Below, piece after piece: positions 29,486 through 39,061 of a stretch of DNA of 64,000 nt. The notes beneath the pieces were generated by a model, which was given only the letters and a program-made list of their open reading frames with translations, made no database searches and had not been told where the DNA came from. Source of the stretch: an uncultured Planctomycetota bacterium (GTDB lineage Bacteria > Planctomycetota > Phycisphaerae > Tepidisphaerales > Tepidisphaeraceae); assembly GCA_963841915.1 (NCBI GenBank), contig CAWJEN010000005.1:1184001-1248000 (forward strand), written 5' to 3'. A program made the translations under genes and the position numbers. Within the stretch, counting starts at the first letter, position 1, and the number at the start of each line of letters is the position of its first letter.

Positions 29486-30184
29486 ATGTTGAATCTGAAG
29501 GACAATCCGCCAGTCAAACCGACGGCCATCTCTGCGCTTGGCGAGATCAAGGGTGACTGGTACGTCGCGCACACGAAGGGTCGCAACGAGAAGGCGTTTG
29601 CGTGGGATCTGGTACGAAAGAACGTGCCGCACTTCCTGCCGATGGTTGAGAAGGTGACCTTCAGCGGCGGTCGCAAGCGGCGGAACATGGCAGCCTTGTT
29701 CCCGGGCTACGTGTTCTTCGCCGGGAATGGCGACACGCGGCTTGACGCCTTTTCGACCAACCGGCTGTGCCAGATCATCGACGTTCGTGATCAGGTCGGC
29801 CTCGTCAGCGAACTCAGTCAGATCGACATCGTCCTGACCACCGGGCACGACGTGGCGTACTTCCCTCACGCAGCGGTTGGCAAGCGGGTGCGGGTCAACG
29901 GTGGTCCTTTTGAGGGCAGCGAAGGTGTGGTCATCGAGCACCAGGAGGCCGACGCCCGTGAGACGACAGACGGGTTGATGGTGGTTCTGAGCGTCTCGAT
30001 TCTGGGCGTGGGCGCGGGGATTCGCGTGCCGCCGAGCCTGCTCGCGCCTGCCGACGATCTGGTTCCGACCATCGCAATCAAGGGGCCGAAGTACGAGCGG
30101 GTCGAGGCTCCCAAGCGGGTGCTGCGCGGCAAGCAGCTTCCGCCCGAGACACGCGGCCTCTTGCATCGAGAGGAGCCGGTATGA
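29486..30184 (+). CDS. Specialised NusG paralogue (RfaH/UpxY-type antiterminator)
   Basis: NGN domain WYVAHTKGRNEKA...LFPGYVF and KOW GKRVRVNGGPFEGSEG. First gene of a polysaccharide cluster. Confidence 0.85.
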   Translation: MLNLKDNPPVKPTAISALGEIKGDWYVAHTKGRNEKAFAWDLVRKNVPHFLPMVEKVTFSGGRKRRNMAALFPGYVFFAGNGDTRLDAFSTNRLCQIIDVRDQVGLVSELSQIDIVLTTGHDVAYFPHAAVGKRVRVNGGPFEGSEGVVIEHQEADARETTDGLMVVLSVSILGVGAGIRVPPSLLAPADDLVPTIAIKGPKYERVEAPKRVLRGKQLPPETRGLLHREEPV

Positions 30185-33045
30185 CGTTGCAGCTCCTGCT
30201 TCTCGCGACTCCCGTGGTCTCGCTCCTCGTCGGGATCGTGTTCGTGCTAGTTGCGATCCGCGTCGGTAGCGGCTGGGGCATCGTCGACGAGCCCGGTCCG
30301 CGCAAGGTGCACCACAAGTCGGTTCCGCGGACGGGCGGCATTGGCATCAGCCTGACGACGCTGCTCGTCAGTGGTGGCGTGCTCGCAGCGGCGAGTGTGG
30401 TCACGCCAATCGCTTGGACACCTTGGATCGGCCTGACGGTGATGCTCGTCGTCATGACGGCCGTCGGTGTCTTCGACGACGCTGTATCGCTGCCGGGCCT
30501 CTACAAGCTCGCCGGCTTGATCGGCGTGAGCGTCGCCGGCTTCGGGTTCGGCATTGTCATCGACACCGTCAACTTCGATCCCGGTGGCACGACCTCGCTC
30601 GGCATGGGTCTGCTCGGCTACCCGCTGACGATCGCGTGGATCTGTGTCGTCGCGGTCGCCATTGCCTTTTCGGATGGACTTGATGGACTGGCAGGGGGCG
30701 TCGGGCTCATCGTCTCACTGACCATCGCTGCCGTTGCGACGCTGTCGAAGCAGTATGACATCACGCTGGTCGCACTGGCCTTGAGCGGCGCACTCGGCGG
30801 CTTCTTGTACTTCAACGGACCTTGGGGTGGGGCGGCCCGCGTCTTCATGGGTGACGGCGGGAGCATGTTCCTGGGCGTGGCTCTGGCGACGTTGCCGATC
30901 ATCCTCAACGGCCGCGAAGGCGTGGGCACGATGCGGGCGATGATCGTGCCGGCGGCCGCACTCGGGGTGCCGATCCTGGACGCGGTGTTCACCCTCATCC
31001 GTCGCCGATTCCTGCAGCGGCGCAGCCTCTTTGCCGCTGAGGACGGTCACGTGCACCACCGTCTGCTGGCGATCGGTTTGTCGACTCGGCACGCGGTGCT
31101 TGCGATCTGGGGCGTGACGGCCGCAGCCGCCTGCATGGCCCTGTTCGCCGCGAGTTTCGGCAAAGGCTGGGCGACCTTGACGATTCTCGTCCCGTTGCTG
31201 GTGTTGTTGTGGATGTTCCTGTTCCGCACGGCCGGTAGTGTCCGAGGCCGGGAAACCATCGCCGCCGTTCGCCGCCATCGTGCGTCCGGTCGTCGCGGCA
31301 AGACATATCGCCGGGCCTTCGAGGAAGCTCAACTTCGCCTGGCCAAGACGGGCAACTTCGAGGAGTGGTGGAAAGAAATCTGCCACGCCGGTGAGTTGCT
31401 TCACTTCGCCTCGCTCGACCTGCGTGGCTCGCGTCGTGATGGTGACGGCTATGAAATCAGTTGGGTCGGCAGCGAGGATGATCGGGCCGATGAAGAAACA
31501 GGCGACACGCTCGACGTGACGCTCGATGTTCCACAACGTCGCACCGGCAGCGACTCGCCGTTGAAGCTGCACGCCCGCATCTTCGTCAAGCGGTCGCAGG
31601 ACGCCCGCGGCTTCGCCGACCTCGAGTCGGCGGGGCACCGCGTGACGTTCTTCAACCGCCTGCTCACCGAGCACGGCCTGGCCACGCTCGACGACGAAGA
31701 TCGCACGCGTCTGGCTAAGGCACACCGCCTGCGTCAGGCGCTTCGACCCAGGGCGCCTGCCGACACGCTCGACACGCCGCCGATGCCTGAGCGGGACGAC
31801 GGCCTGCCGACGGTGGCCATCGTGCACGACTTTCTCTACACCCGCGGCGGTGCCGAAAAGGTCCTGGAGGAGATGCTCGAGATCTTCCCGCACGCCGATC
31901 TGTTCAGCGTGATCGACTTCGTCCCGCCGGGCGAACGTTCCTGGTTGCGTGACAAGCCGGTCACCACAACCTTCATCCAGAACCTGCCGCTTGCTGGTAT
32001 TAAGCATCGGGCCTACCTGCCGCTGATGCCTTTGGCGATCGAGCAGCTCGACGTCGGCGGTTACGACGTTGTTCTGTCGAGCAGCTACTGCGTCGCCAAG
32101 GGCATTATCTGTCGGCCAGATCAGCTTCACGTTTCGTACTGTCACAGCCCGGTCCGCTATGCGTGGGACCTGCAGCACCAGTACCTGCGCGAATCGGGCC
32201 TGAGCAAGACCAACCGCCGCCGCGGGCCGATCAAGCTGCTCAAGAACGCTCTCGCCCGCTCCATTCTGCACTACATTCGCGGCTGGGATTTTCGCAGTGC
32301 CGCAGGCGTCGACGTCTTCCTGTCCAACAGCGACTTCGTCGGCCGCCGCATCGAAAAGGCGTACCGCCGCACGAGCACGACGGTCTATCCGCCGGTCGAC
32401 GTCTCTGCCTTTACGTTGTGCGACGAGAAGCAGTCGTATTACTACACGAGCAGCCGCCACGTGCCGTACAAGCGGATGCCGATGATTGTCGAAGCCTTCA
32501 GCCGCACGCCCGACAGGCGTCTTGTCATCGGCGGTGACGGACCTGACTTCGAAAAAGTCAAAGCACTTGCCGGCCCAAACGTGCGCGTCGTCGGCCACCA
32601 GAAGCACGAGGAGCACATTCACTACATGCAGCGGGCCAAGGCCTTCGTCTTCGCCGCCGAGGAAGACTTCGGCATTGTTCCCGTCGAGGCCATGGCTTGC
32701 GGCACGCCTGTCATTGCCTACGGGCGCGGCGGGACGACCGAGACCGTCGTCGATGGCGTGACAGGGGTGCACTTCAAGCGACAGACCTGCGAGTCGCTGC
32801 TCGAGGCCGTCGAACGTTTCGAGGCGCTGGACGCTGAAGGCGTCTGGGACCCAGACCAGATCAGTCGCCACGCGCACCAGTTCGGGGCCGCCCGTTTCCG
32901 CGAGGAACTGCGCGACATCGTGCTCTCGCACTGGTCGCTCCGAACAGGTCGGTCTGACGGTGCGTCGATCAACCGGAACGTCAAGCAGACGTCCCGCGAA
33001 GAGCTTCCGCAGGCGATGCAGGTGGAAGACGATGCACGCCGCTAG
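30181..33045 (+). CDS. WecA/TagO-type polyprenyl-phosphate HexNAc-1-P transferase fused to a GT4 glycosyltransferase
   Basis: N-half: RKVH..VPRTGG, GVFDD, DGLDGLA, FMGDGGS, HVHHRLL. C-half: VAIVHDFL..RGGAEKV, YCHSPVRYAWD, EEDFGIVPVEAMACGTPVIAYGRGG. Confidence 0.85.
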   Translation: MTLQLLLLATPVVSLLVGIVFVLVAIRVGSGWGIVDEPGPRKVHHKSVPRTGGIGISLTTLLVSGGVLAAASVVTPIAWTPWIGLTVMLVVMTAVGVFDDAVSLPGLYKLAGLIGVSVAGFGFGIVIDTVNFDPGGTTSLGMGLLGYPLTIAWICVVAVAIAFSDGLDGLAGGVGLIVSLTIAAVATLSKQYDITLVALALSGALGGFLYFNGPWGGAARVFMGDGGSMFLGVALATLPIILNGREGVGTMRAMIVPAAALGVPILDAVFTLIRRRFLQRRSLFAAEDGHVHHRLLAIGLSTRHAVLAIWGVTAAAACMALFAASFGKGWATLTILVPLLVLLWMFLFRTAGSVRGRETIAAVRRHRASGRRGKTYRRAFEEAQLRLAKTGNFEEWWKEICHAGELLHFASLDLRGSRRDGDGYEISWVGSEDDRADEETGDTLDVTLDVPQRRTGSDSPLKLHARIFVKRSQDARGFADLESAGHRVTFFNRLLTEHGLATLDDEDRTRLAKAHRLRQALRPRAPADTLDTPPMPERDDGLPTVAIVHDFLYTRGGAEKVLEEMLEIFPHADLFSVIDFVPPGERSWLRDKPVTTTFIQNLPLAGIKHRAYLPLMPLAIEQLDVGGYDVVLSSSYCVAKGIICRPDQLHVSYCHSPVRYAWDLQHQYLRESGLSKTNRRRGPIKLLKNALARSILHYIRGWDFRSAAGVDVFLSNSDFVGRRIEKAYRRTSTTVYPPVDVSAFTLCDEKQSYYYTSSRHVPYKRMPMIVEAFSRTPDRRLVIGGDGPDFEKVKALAGPNVRVVGHQKHEEHIHYMQRAKAFVFAAEEDFGIVPVEAMACGTPVIAYGRGGTTETVVDGVTGVHFKRQTCESLLEAVERFEALDAEGVWDPDQISRHAHQFGAARFREELRDIVLSHWSLRTGRSDGASINRNVKQTSREELPQAMQVEDDARR

Positions 33046-33053
33046 GCTTGGCC

Positions 33054-34097
33054 ATGCGTGGCCTGTTGCTCATCGTCTTGCTGGCCCTTGTTACAAGTTC
33101 TGCCGGTGCGACCGAAAAGCTGCCGGTCCGCGGGGTCACGCTTGCTCATCTGCATCGCGGCGACGTCGGTTACGGCTCGGACGCCTCCCGCCGACAGCTT
33201 GATGAGCTTGCCGCCCTCGGCGTGAACTGGGTCGCCCTGACCGATTTCGCCTACATGCCGGATGTGCGTCAGCCCGGACTCCGCTGGGGCCGCGACCGAA
33301 GCCTCAGCGATGCCGGCCTCCGCCGCACGATCGCAGACGCCCACGAGCGAGGCCTCAAGGTCATGCTCAAGCCGCATATCTGGTCGAACCAGTTCTGGCA
33401 GGGCAACGAATGGCACGGCACGATCGAGATGCAGAGCGATGCCGACTGGCAAAGCTTCTTCAGCAGCTACGGCGACTTCATCGTCGAACAGGCGACGCTC
33501 GCCAGCGACACCGGTGCCGACGCCCTGTGCATCGGCGTCGAGATGAAGCTCGTCAGTCCGCGCAGCGACGACTGGCGCAAGCTCGTCGCCCGCGTCCGCG
33601 AGGTCTACGACGGAACGCTGACCTACTCAGCCAACAGCGACGAATGGGACTCGATCGACTGGTGGGACGCGGTCGACTGCATCGGCATCACGGCCTACTT
33701 CCCACTGGCTGACGACGAACACGCCGCGCCTACCGAAGCGCAGGTGCGAGAGGTCTGGACCGGCATCTTCGACCGCATGCGTCCGTTTGCCGCCAGGTTT
33801 GATCGGCCGGTCTGCTTTACGGAGCTGGGCTTCAGCGCCAGTCGCCGGGCGGCCGTCGCGCCGTGGGAGCACCACGAAGTCGACCCCGACCCGGCACTGC
33901 AGGCGATGCTGTACCGGGTCAGCGTCGACGAGATCAGCCGCAGCAACGTCGTCAGCGGCGTCTTCCTGTGGAAGTGGTTCACCGCCGACGCCGACGTGGC
34001 GGCACGCATGGAGCGGGGCGACGTCTTTGGCCTCCAGAACCGGCCGCTCACGCTCGATGTGCTCCGGGAGCGGTGGTCTGACGAGCCGGCGGAATAG
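33054..34097 (+). CDS. Secreted glycoside hydrolase, GH113-like TIM barrel
   Basis: Signal peptide, GLKVMLKPHIW, IGVEM, LTYSAN..E, WDAVDCIGITAYFPL, FTELGF. Confidence 0.8.
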   Translation: MRGLLLIVLLALVTSSAGATEKLPVRGVTLAHLHRGDVGYGSDASRRQLDELAALGVNWVALTDFAYMPDVRQPGLRWGRDRSLSDAGLRRTIADAHERGLKVMLKPHIWSNQFWQGNEWHGTIEMQSDADWQSFFSSYGDFIVEQATLASDTGADALCIGVEMKLVSPRSDDWRKLVARVREVYDGTLTYSANSDEWDSIDWWDAVDCIGITAYFPLADDEHAAPTEAQVREVWTGIFDRMRPFAARFDRPVCFTELGFSASRRAAVAPWEHHEVDPDPALQAMLYRVSVDEISRSNVVSGVFLWKWFTADADVAARMERGDVFGLQNRPLTLDVLRERWSDEPAE

Positions 34098-34404
34098 CAC
34101 AGCTGCAGCGACAGCCTGTCGGTCGGGCGGTCAGGCTGACGCCTCACCGGGTGCTGGTGACAAGTGCGCGCTGTTTAACTGCTTGCGTAATCCGACAAGC
34201 GCGGTTTGTTGAAGCTGCATGAACACGTTCAGGGCCCCGTGGGCAGGATGTCGTATCAGCATCTTGCCCATTGCCTGTTGGAGCTTGAATCTTCTTCTAC
34301 CGGGTGGCATCGTCTGGCAAGGTTCTTGTTCAGGTCTCCACCGGCCGAACGGGCCGCGAATAACCGCAGCGGCCTACCGGGCCACTTCAACGGATCAGCA
34401 CCAG

Positions 34405-35664
34405 ATGAAGTCAGATGTCAGTGACCGTCATTCAATTCGTCCAGTCCTTGCCAGCACTTCGTCGGGTGACGGCGCTGCGACTTCGGCTTCGAAGGCCCGC
34501 TCCAAGCACGTTTTGATCACCGGCGGCGCGGGGTTCATCGGCTCGCATCTGTGTGACGAACTCCTGACAGCTGGCCATCGCGTCCGCGTGCTCGACTGCC
34601 TGTCGGAGCAGGTTCACAGTGCCGCCGCCCGGCAGGCGGGGCGGCCTGACTACCTCGATACGCGCGTCGAGCTTCGCATCGGGGATGTGCAGGATCCTAA
34701 AGCCGTCGCCGACGCGTTAGACGGCATCGACATTGTCGTCCACCTCGCCGCGGCCGTCGGGGTCGGGCAAAGCATGTACGAGGTCGTCAAGTACACGCAG
34801 ATCAACAACATCGGCACCGCGGTCTTGCTCGAAGCCGTCGCCGAGCGGCACAAGACGCGGCCGATCGAACGCCTCCTCGTCGCCAGCTCGATGAGCATCT
34901 ACGGCGAAGGTCGCTACGTCGACACCACCGGCAATGTGTGGGATAACGCCAGCCGCGACCTGCAAAGCCTCAAGGCTCGCCGATTCGAGCCAATTGATGA
35001 CGATGGCCACGCCCTGACCCCCATCGGCACGCCCGAGGACAAGACGCCCGACCTGTCGAGCGTCTATGCACTGGGCAAGTACGACCAGGAACGTTTGTGC
35101 CTCATGCTCGGCAACGCCCACGGCATCCCGACCGTCGCGTGCCGATTCTTCAACGCGTATGGCCCACGTCAGGCGCTGGGCAATCCGTACACGGGCGTCC
35201 TGGCCATCTTTGCCGGTCGCCTGCTCGGTGGGGCGGCACCGATGGTGTACGAAGACGGCAACCAGCGACGTGACTTCGTCCACGTGCGTGACGTTGCACG
35301 GTGCTGTCGTCTGGCACTAGAAGCCGAGGCCGATCAGATTGCCGGCGAGACGTTCAACGTCGGTAGCGGCCAGCCGCGTACGGTCGCCGAGGTCGCTGCC
35401 TCGCTCGCCGAGACGGTGGGCAGACCGGACCTTTCGCCGCACGTCGCAGGCACGTACCGCGTCGGCGACATCCGCCACTGCTTTGCCGACATATCCAAAG
35501 CGGGGCGAAAACTCGGATATCAGCCGGCGGTTGCCTGGGAAGACGGCCTCGCCGAGCTTGCCGACTGGCTCGACGACCAGAAAGGCGAAGCCGAAACCGT
35601 CGCCGCTGTGGAGCGTGGCAACGCCGCCAATGCCGAACTCGCCGCCCGCGGATTGGCGGTCTGA
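34405..35664 (+). CDS. NAD-dependent epimerase/dehydratase (extended SDR)
   Basis: LITGGAGFIGSHL, HLAAAVGVGQSMY, ASSMSIYG, YALGK, RFFNAYGPRQ, RDFVHV. Start uncertain. Confidence 0.92.
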   Translation: MKSDVSDRHSIRPVLASTSSGDGAATSASKARSKHVLITGGAGFIGSHLCDELLTAGHRVRVLDCLSEQVHSAAARQAGRPDYLDTRVELRIGDVQDPKAVADALDGIDIVVHLAAAVGVGQSMYEVVKYTQINNIGTAVLLEAVAERHKTRPIERLLVASSMSIYGEGRYVDTTGNVWDNASRDLQSLKARRFEPIDDDGHALTPIGTPEDKTPDLSSVYALGKYDQERLCLMLGNAHGIPTVACRFFNAYGPRQALGNPYTGVLAIFAGRLLGGAAPMVYEDGNQRRDFVHVRDVARCCRLALEAEADQIAGETFNVGSGQPRTVAEVAASLAETVGRPDLSPHVAGTYRVGDIRHCFADISKAGRKLGYQPAVAWEDGLAELADWLDDQKGEAETVAAVERGNAANAELAARGLAV

Positions 35665-35744
35665 TCGACACGACGTCGGGCTACGGATCAGGGGTCGGTG
35701 CTGCACGTGGTGCCGCAGGTCGCATGTTTCGCCTACCTTGATCC

Positions 35745-37103
35745 GTGGCTGTACCGACGCTTGGCATCTTGGAGTGGTTCCGTCCGGGCGAAGAGCAGCG
35801 GGTCGAGCGGGCGATCGAGGCGCTCGATCGGATCGGTATCACCCACCTGCGGACGGGCGTGAGCTGGGCCGAATGGATGACGCCCGGAGGGCGCGATTGG
35901 TACAAATGGCTGATGCCGACGCTGACCCAGCGTCTGGACGTGCTGCCGTGTTTCAGCTACACGCCGCCTGGACTGAGCGAGCCGCCGGGTACGAATGTGC
36001 CGCCGCGAGATCTGAAGGACTACGGGGCGTTCGTCTGCTACTTCATCGAGTTGCTCGGCGAGCACTTCGAGTGGGTCGAGCTGTGGAACGAACCGGACAA
36101 CCACCGCGAGTGGAACGCCAGCTTCGACGCCGACTATGCCAGGTTCGCCGAGATGGTCGGTATGGCTGGCGAGTGGAGTCGCAAGCTCGGCAAAAAGACC
36201 CTTCTCGGCGGCTTGGCCAATGCCGACCCCAACTTCCTGTCGCTCATGCACGACCACGGCACGCTCGAGCACATGGATGCGGTCGGCGTGCACGGCTTTC
36301 CGTTCAGCTTCGAGTTCTACTGGGAAGGGTGGCCCGCCCGCGTACAAAAGCTGCGCGAACGGCTCGACTGGTGCGGCTACAAGCAGACACCGGTTTGGAT
36401 CACCGAGTGCGGCTACAGCACGTGGCGGCGAGATCCGCTGCCTCAGGTGACGACGTTTGCCGACGCGTTGTCGGCCCCTGCCGAGCGGGTGTATTGGTAC
36501 GCGCTAGACGACCTCGACCCGGACTTGCCGACGGTTGACGGGTTCCACAGCGACGAGCGGGAATATCACTTTGGCCTGCGGACGGCGGACGGCCGAGACA
36601 AGCTGCTGGGCCATCTGCTGGCGACGGGCACGGCCGACGAAGCAGTACGACTTGGCAGGCGACTCGTGGCACAGACGGCGACCGACGTCGGCTATCACCT
36701 GATCACCGGTGGCTGCGGCACGCGTGCGACGGCAATTGTCGAACGACTCATTGCTGCAGGCGAGAGGGTCGTGCTGTACGACAACCTCAGCGGTGACACG
36801 TCGGCTGCAATGGCTGATCGGTGGCTCGACACGGCACACGTGATGGTCGCTGACACGCTCGACGAGCATCGGCTGCGCGAGGCCGTCGGCAACGCGGTGG
36901 CCGTCACGCACGCGGCCTTCGTGACCGACCCGACGCGGCCTTTGCACGAGTTCGACACGAACGCCCGCGGGACGCTGAACGTGCTCGATGCCATCGCACG
37001 GCTGGATCGTGTGGTTCCGTTGCAGATCCTTGCGCCGGAGGGTGCGGCAGGCACGACCAAAGCATCACTCGCCCCGGCCCAGGCATATCGCGGGTTGATG
37101 TAG
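35745..37103 (+). CDS. Clan GH-A TIM-barrel (GH39/beta-xylosidase-like) fused to a degenerate partial NAD-epimerase domain
   Basis: ELWNEP (acid/base), VWITECGYS (nucleophile), DGFHSDEREYHFG. C-terminal LITGGCGTRA...DNLS...NARGTLNVLDA ends before any YxxxK motif. Confidence 0.7.
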   Translation: MAVPTLGILEWFRPGEEQRVERAIEALDRIGITHLRTGVSWAEWMTPGGRDWYKWLMPTLTQRLDVLPCFSYTPPGLSEPPGTNVPPRDLKDYGAFVCYFIELLGEHFEWVELWNEPDNHREWNASFDADYARFAEMVGMAGEWSRKLGKKTLLGGLANADPNFLSLMHDHGTLEHMDAVGVHGFPFSFEFYWEGWPARVQKLRERLDWCGYKQTPVWITECGYSTWRRDPLPQVTTFADALSAPAERVYWYALDDLDPDLPTVDGFHSDEREYHFGLRTADGRDKLLGHLLATGTADEAVRLGRRLVAQTATDVGYHLITGGCGTRATAIVERLIAAGERVVLYDNLSGDTSAAMADRWLDTAHVMVADTLDEHRLREAVGNAVAVTHAAFVTDPTRPLHEFDTNARGTLNVLDAIARLDRVVPLQILAPEGAAGTTKASLAPAQAYRGLM

Positions 37104-37264
37104 ATGCTGCGCACAGGCGGCCGCCGCGGCGCAAGGTGCAAACATGCGGAATGCCGAGCACAGGCGACGACACGCCACCGACAGTGGGTGCAGAATCGTG
37201 ATGACCACGTCACCTGGCTGCACGAATGGCGACGGACCGCCGACGCACTGGCAAGCGGCAATTG

Positions 37265-37280
37265 TGTTCCACGTGGAACA
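37265..37280. promoter_or_regulatory. parS: parS centromere-like site 1 (ParB binding)
   Basis: Perfect 16-bp palindrome TGTTCCACGTGGAACA matching the bacterial parS consensus; intergenic. Confidence 0.9.
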
Positions 37281-37300
37281 TTGGGGACTCGGCCGGCAGC

Positions 37301-37332
37301 AAAAACCCCCGCCGGCGTCAGCCAGCGGGGGT
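37301..37332 (-). terminator. Intrinsic terminator of xylB
   Basis: On the minus strand: ACCCCCGCTGGC-TGAC-GCCGGCGGGGGT followed by TTTT. Confidence 0.75.
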
Positions 37333-37337
37333 GAGAT

Positions 37338-37353
37338 TGTTCCACGTGGAACA
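37338..37353. promoter_or_regulatory. parS: parS centromere-like site 2 (ParB binding)
   Basis: Second identical TGTTCCACGTGGAACA, starting 73 bp after the first. Confidence 0.9.
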
Positions 37354-37406
37354 TTTGCTGATCCCCAACGACCCTTGGCCGCCGCGGCGCAGCGCTTAAA
37401 ACGGCC

Positions 37407-38963
37407 TCACTCTTCGAGCGACTTGATGTCGGCGAAGGTTTCTGCCAGGCGGCCGTACATCTTGTTGTAGACCTCGGCGTGCTTCTGGTAAGCCTCCATC
37501 TGCCGCTTCTTGGGGCGGACGGTGTCGCCGAGCTTGATGAGCTGCTTGCAGGCGGCCGGGACCGACTTGTACGTGCCATTGCCGACACCAGCAAGCAGGG
37601 CGGCACCGAAGGCAGCGCCTTCTTCGCTATTGGTCTGCGAGACCGGTGCGTTGTAGACGTCGGCCTGCATCTGACGCCACATAGCGCTCTTGGCACCGCC
37701 GCCGGTCGTGCGGACCTGCTTGACGGGGACAGACATCTCGTCCCGCATGATCTGCAGCATGCGACCCATGTTGTACGTGACGCCCTCGACGAGGCTGCGG
37801 ACCATGTGGCCCTGGCCGTGACGGCGGGTCAAGCCGATCCAGCTGGCGCGGGCATCGGGGTCGTTGTACGGGCACCGCTCACCGGTCAGGAACGGCAGGA
37901 AGAACAGTCCTTCGCTGCCCAGCGGCACCTTGTCGGCGTCGGCGAGCAGCTTCTTGAAGATGTCGTCGGCACCCTTAGCGACCTTCTTGGGTGTTTTGCC
38001 TCCCGAAGAGGCCAATTCGTCTGCGTACCACTGCAAGCTACCCGCAGCCGAGAGCATGCAGCCGAAGTTGATGTAGGCATTGGGCACCGCGTGACACATT
38101 GTGGCGATGCGGCCCGGGTTGGTGCCCTTCGAATCGATCGTGATGCGGTCGCTGTGGGCGGCCATGACGCCGCCCGTACCGAGGTTGGCATTGATGAGGC
38201 CGGCTTCGACGACGCCCATGCCGACCGCACCAGTCATGACGTCACCGCTGCCTGCAAAGACGGGCGTGCCTGCGTTGAGGCCGAGGTTGCTGGCAGCTTC
38301 CTTCTCAAGTTCGCCGGTCTGTTCGGTCGACTCGACGACGTCCGGCAGGATCTCACGGTTGATCTTGAGCAGATCGATGAGTTCATCGCACCACAGACGG
38401 CGACGGATGTCGAGCAGGCACATGCCGCTGGCGTCGCCGACGTCCGTGACGTACTGACCGGTCATGCGGAAGCGGACGTAGTCCTTGGGCAGGACGACCT
38501 TGTGCAGGCGAGCGAAGCGTTTGGCTTCGTTCTTCTTGAACCACAGGATCTTGGGCAGCGTGTACCCGGTCAGCGGCAGGTTACCGACGAGGTCGAGCAT
38601 CTGGCGTGGGCCACCTGCTTTTTCGAGGATCTCGTCACATTGCTCGCCGGTCCGCTGGTCGTTCCAGAGGATGGCGGGGCGCAGGACGCGTCCTTTTTCG
38701 TCGAGGAAGACGCCGCCGTGCATCTGGCCCGATAGGCCGATGCCGACGATGTCGTCCTTGCTGACCTTGGCCGCTTTAAGCGCACCGCGGATGGACTTTT
38801 GAACGGCAGACCACCATTCAAGCGGGTCTTGCTCGGTCCAGCCGGGCTTGGGTGTCTGAAGAGAATGTTCGCTGGTGGCAGTGCCGGCAACCTTGCCGTC
38901 GGGTCCCAGGACGAGTGTTTTCGTACCGCTGGTGCCGATGTCGATGCCGAGGAGGTGAGGCAT
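37407..38963 (-). CDS. xylB: Xylulokinase (FGGY kinase)
   Basis: LLGIDIGTSGTK, GLSGQMHG, RPAILWNDQRT, LPKDYVRF, FLPFLTGERCP, GGGAKS..WRQ. Confidence 0.92.
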   Translation of the reverse strand: MPHLLGIDIGTSGTKTLVLGPDGKVAGTATSEHSLQTPKPGWTEQDPLEWWSAVQKSIRGALKAAKVSKDDIVGIGLSGQMHGGVFLDEKGRVLRPAILWNDQRTGEQCDEILEKAGGPRQMLDLVGNLPLTGYTLPKILWFKKNEAKRFARLHKVVLPKDYVRFRMTGQYVTDVGDASGMCLLDIRRRLWCDELIDLLKINREILPDVVESTEQTGELEKEAASNLGLNAGTPVFAGSGDVMTGAVGMGVVEAGLINANLGTGGVMAAHSDRITIDSKGTNPGRIATMCHAVPNAYINFGCMLSAAGSLQWYADELASSGGKTPKKVAKGADDIFKKLLADADKVPLGSEGLFFLPFLTGERCPYNDPDARASWIGLTRRHGQGHMVRSLVEGVTYNMGRMLQIMRDEMSVPVKQVRTTGGGAKSAMWRQMQADVYNAPVSQTNSEEGAAFGAALLAGVGNGTYKSVPAACKQLIKLGDTVRPKKRQMEAYQKHAEVYNKMYGRLAETFADIKSLEE

Positions 38964-39061
38964 AAGACGGCACAAGCTAGCGGGTTGTAAGGAAAAGTGA
39001 AAATCGGCAGCGCTTACGACACGAAGATTCTCCCGCCGACCGGCGGCGCTACCCTCGCCGC

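Noticed and set aside
30715..32931. Long antisense or alternate-frame ORFs (e.g. 30715..32931, 24954..26525, 57573..59042, 17841..19415)
   Set aside because: They are shadows of well-supported genes on the opposite strand, expected in high-GC DNA, and carry no protein motifs.
34315..34330. Sigma-54 promoter TGGCAAGGTTCTTGTT upstream of the epimerase
   Set aside because: Spacing fits, but the conserved -12 GC is GT; too weak to call.
37104..37406. Replication origin at the parS locus
   Set aside because: No DnaA-box cluster (TTATCCACA), AT-rich unwinding element or dnaA gene is visible.
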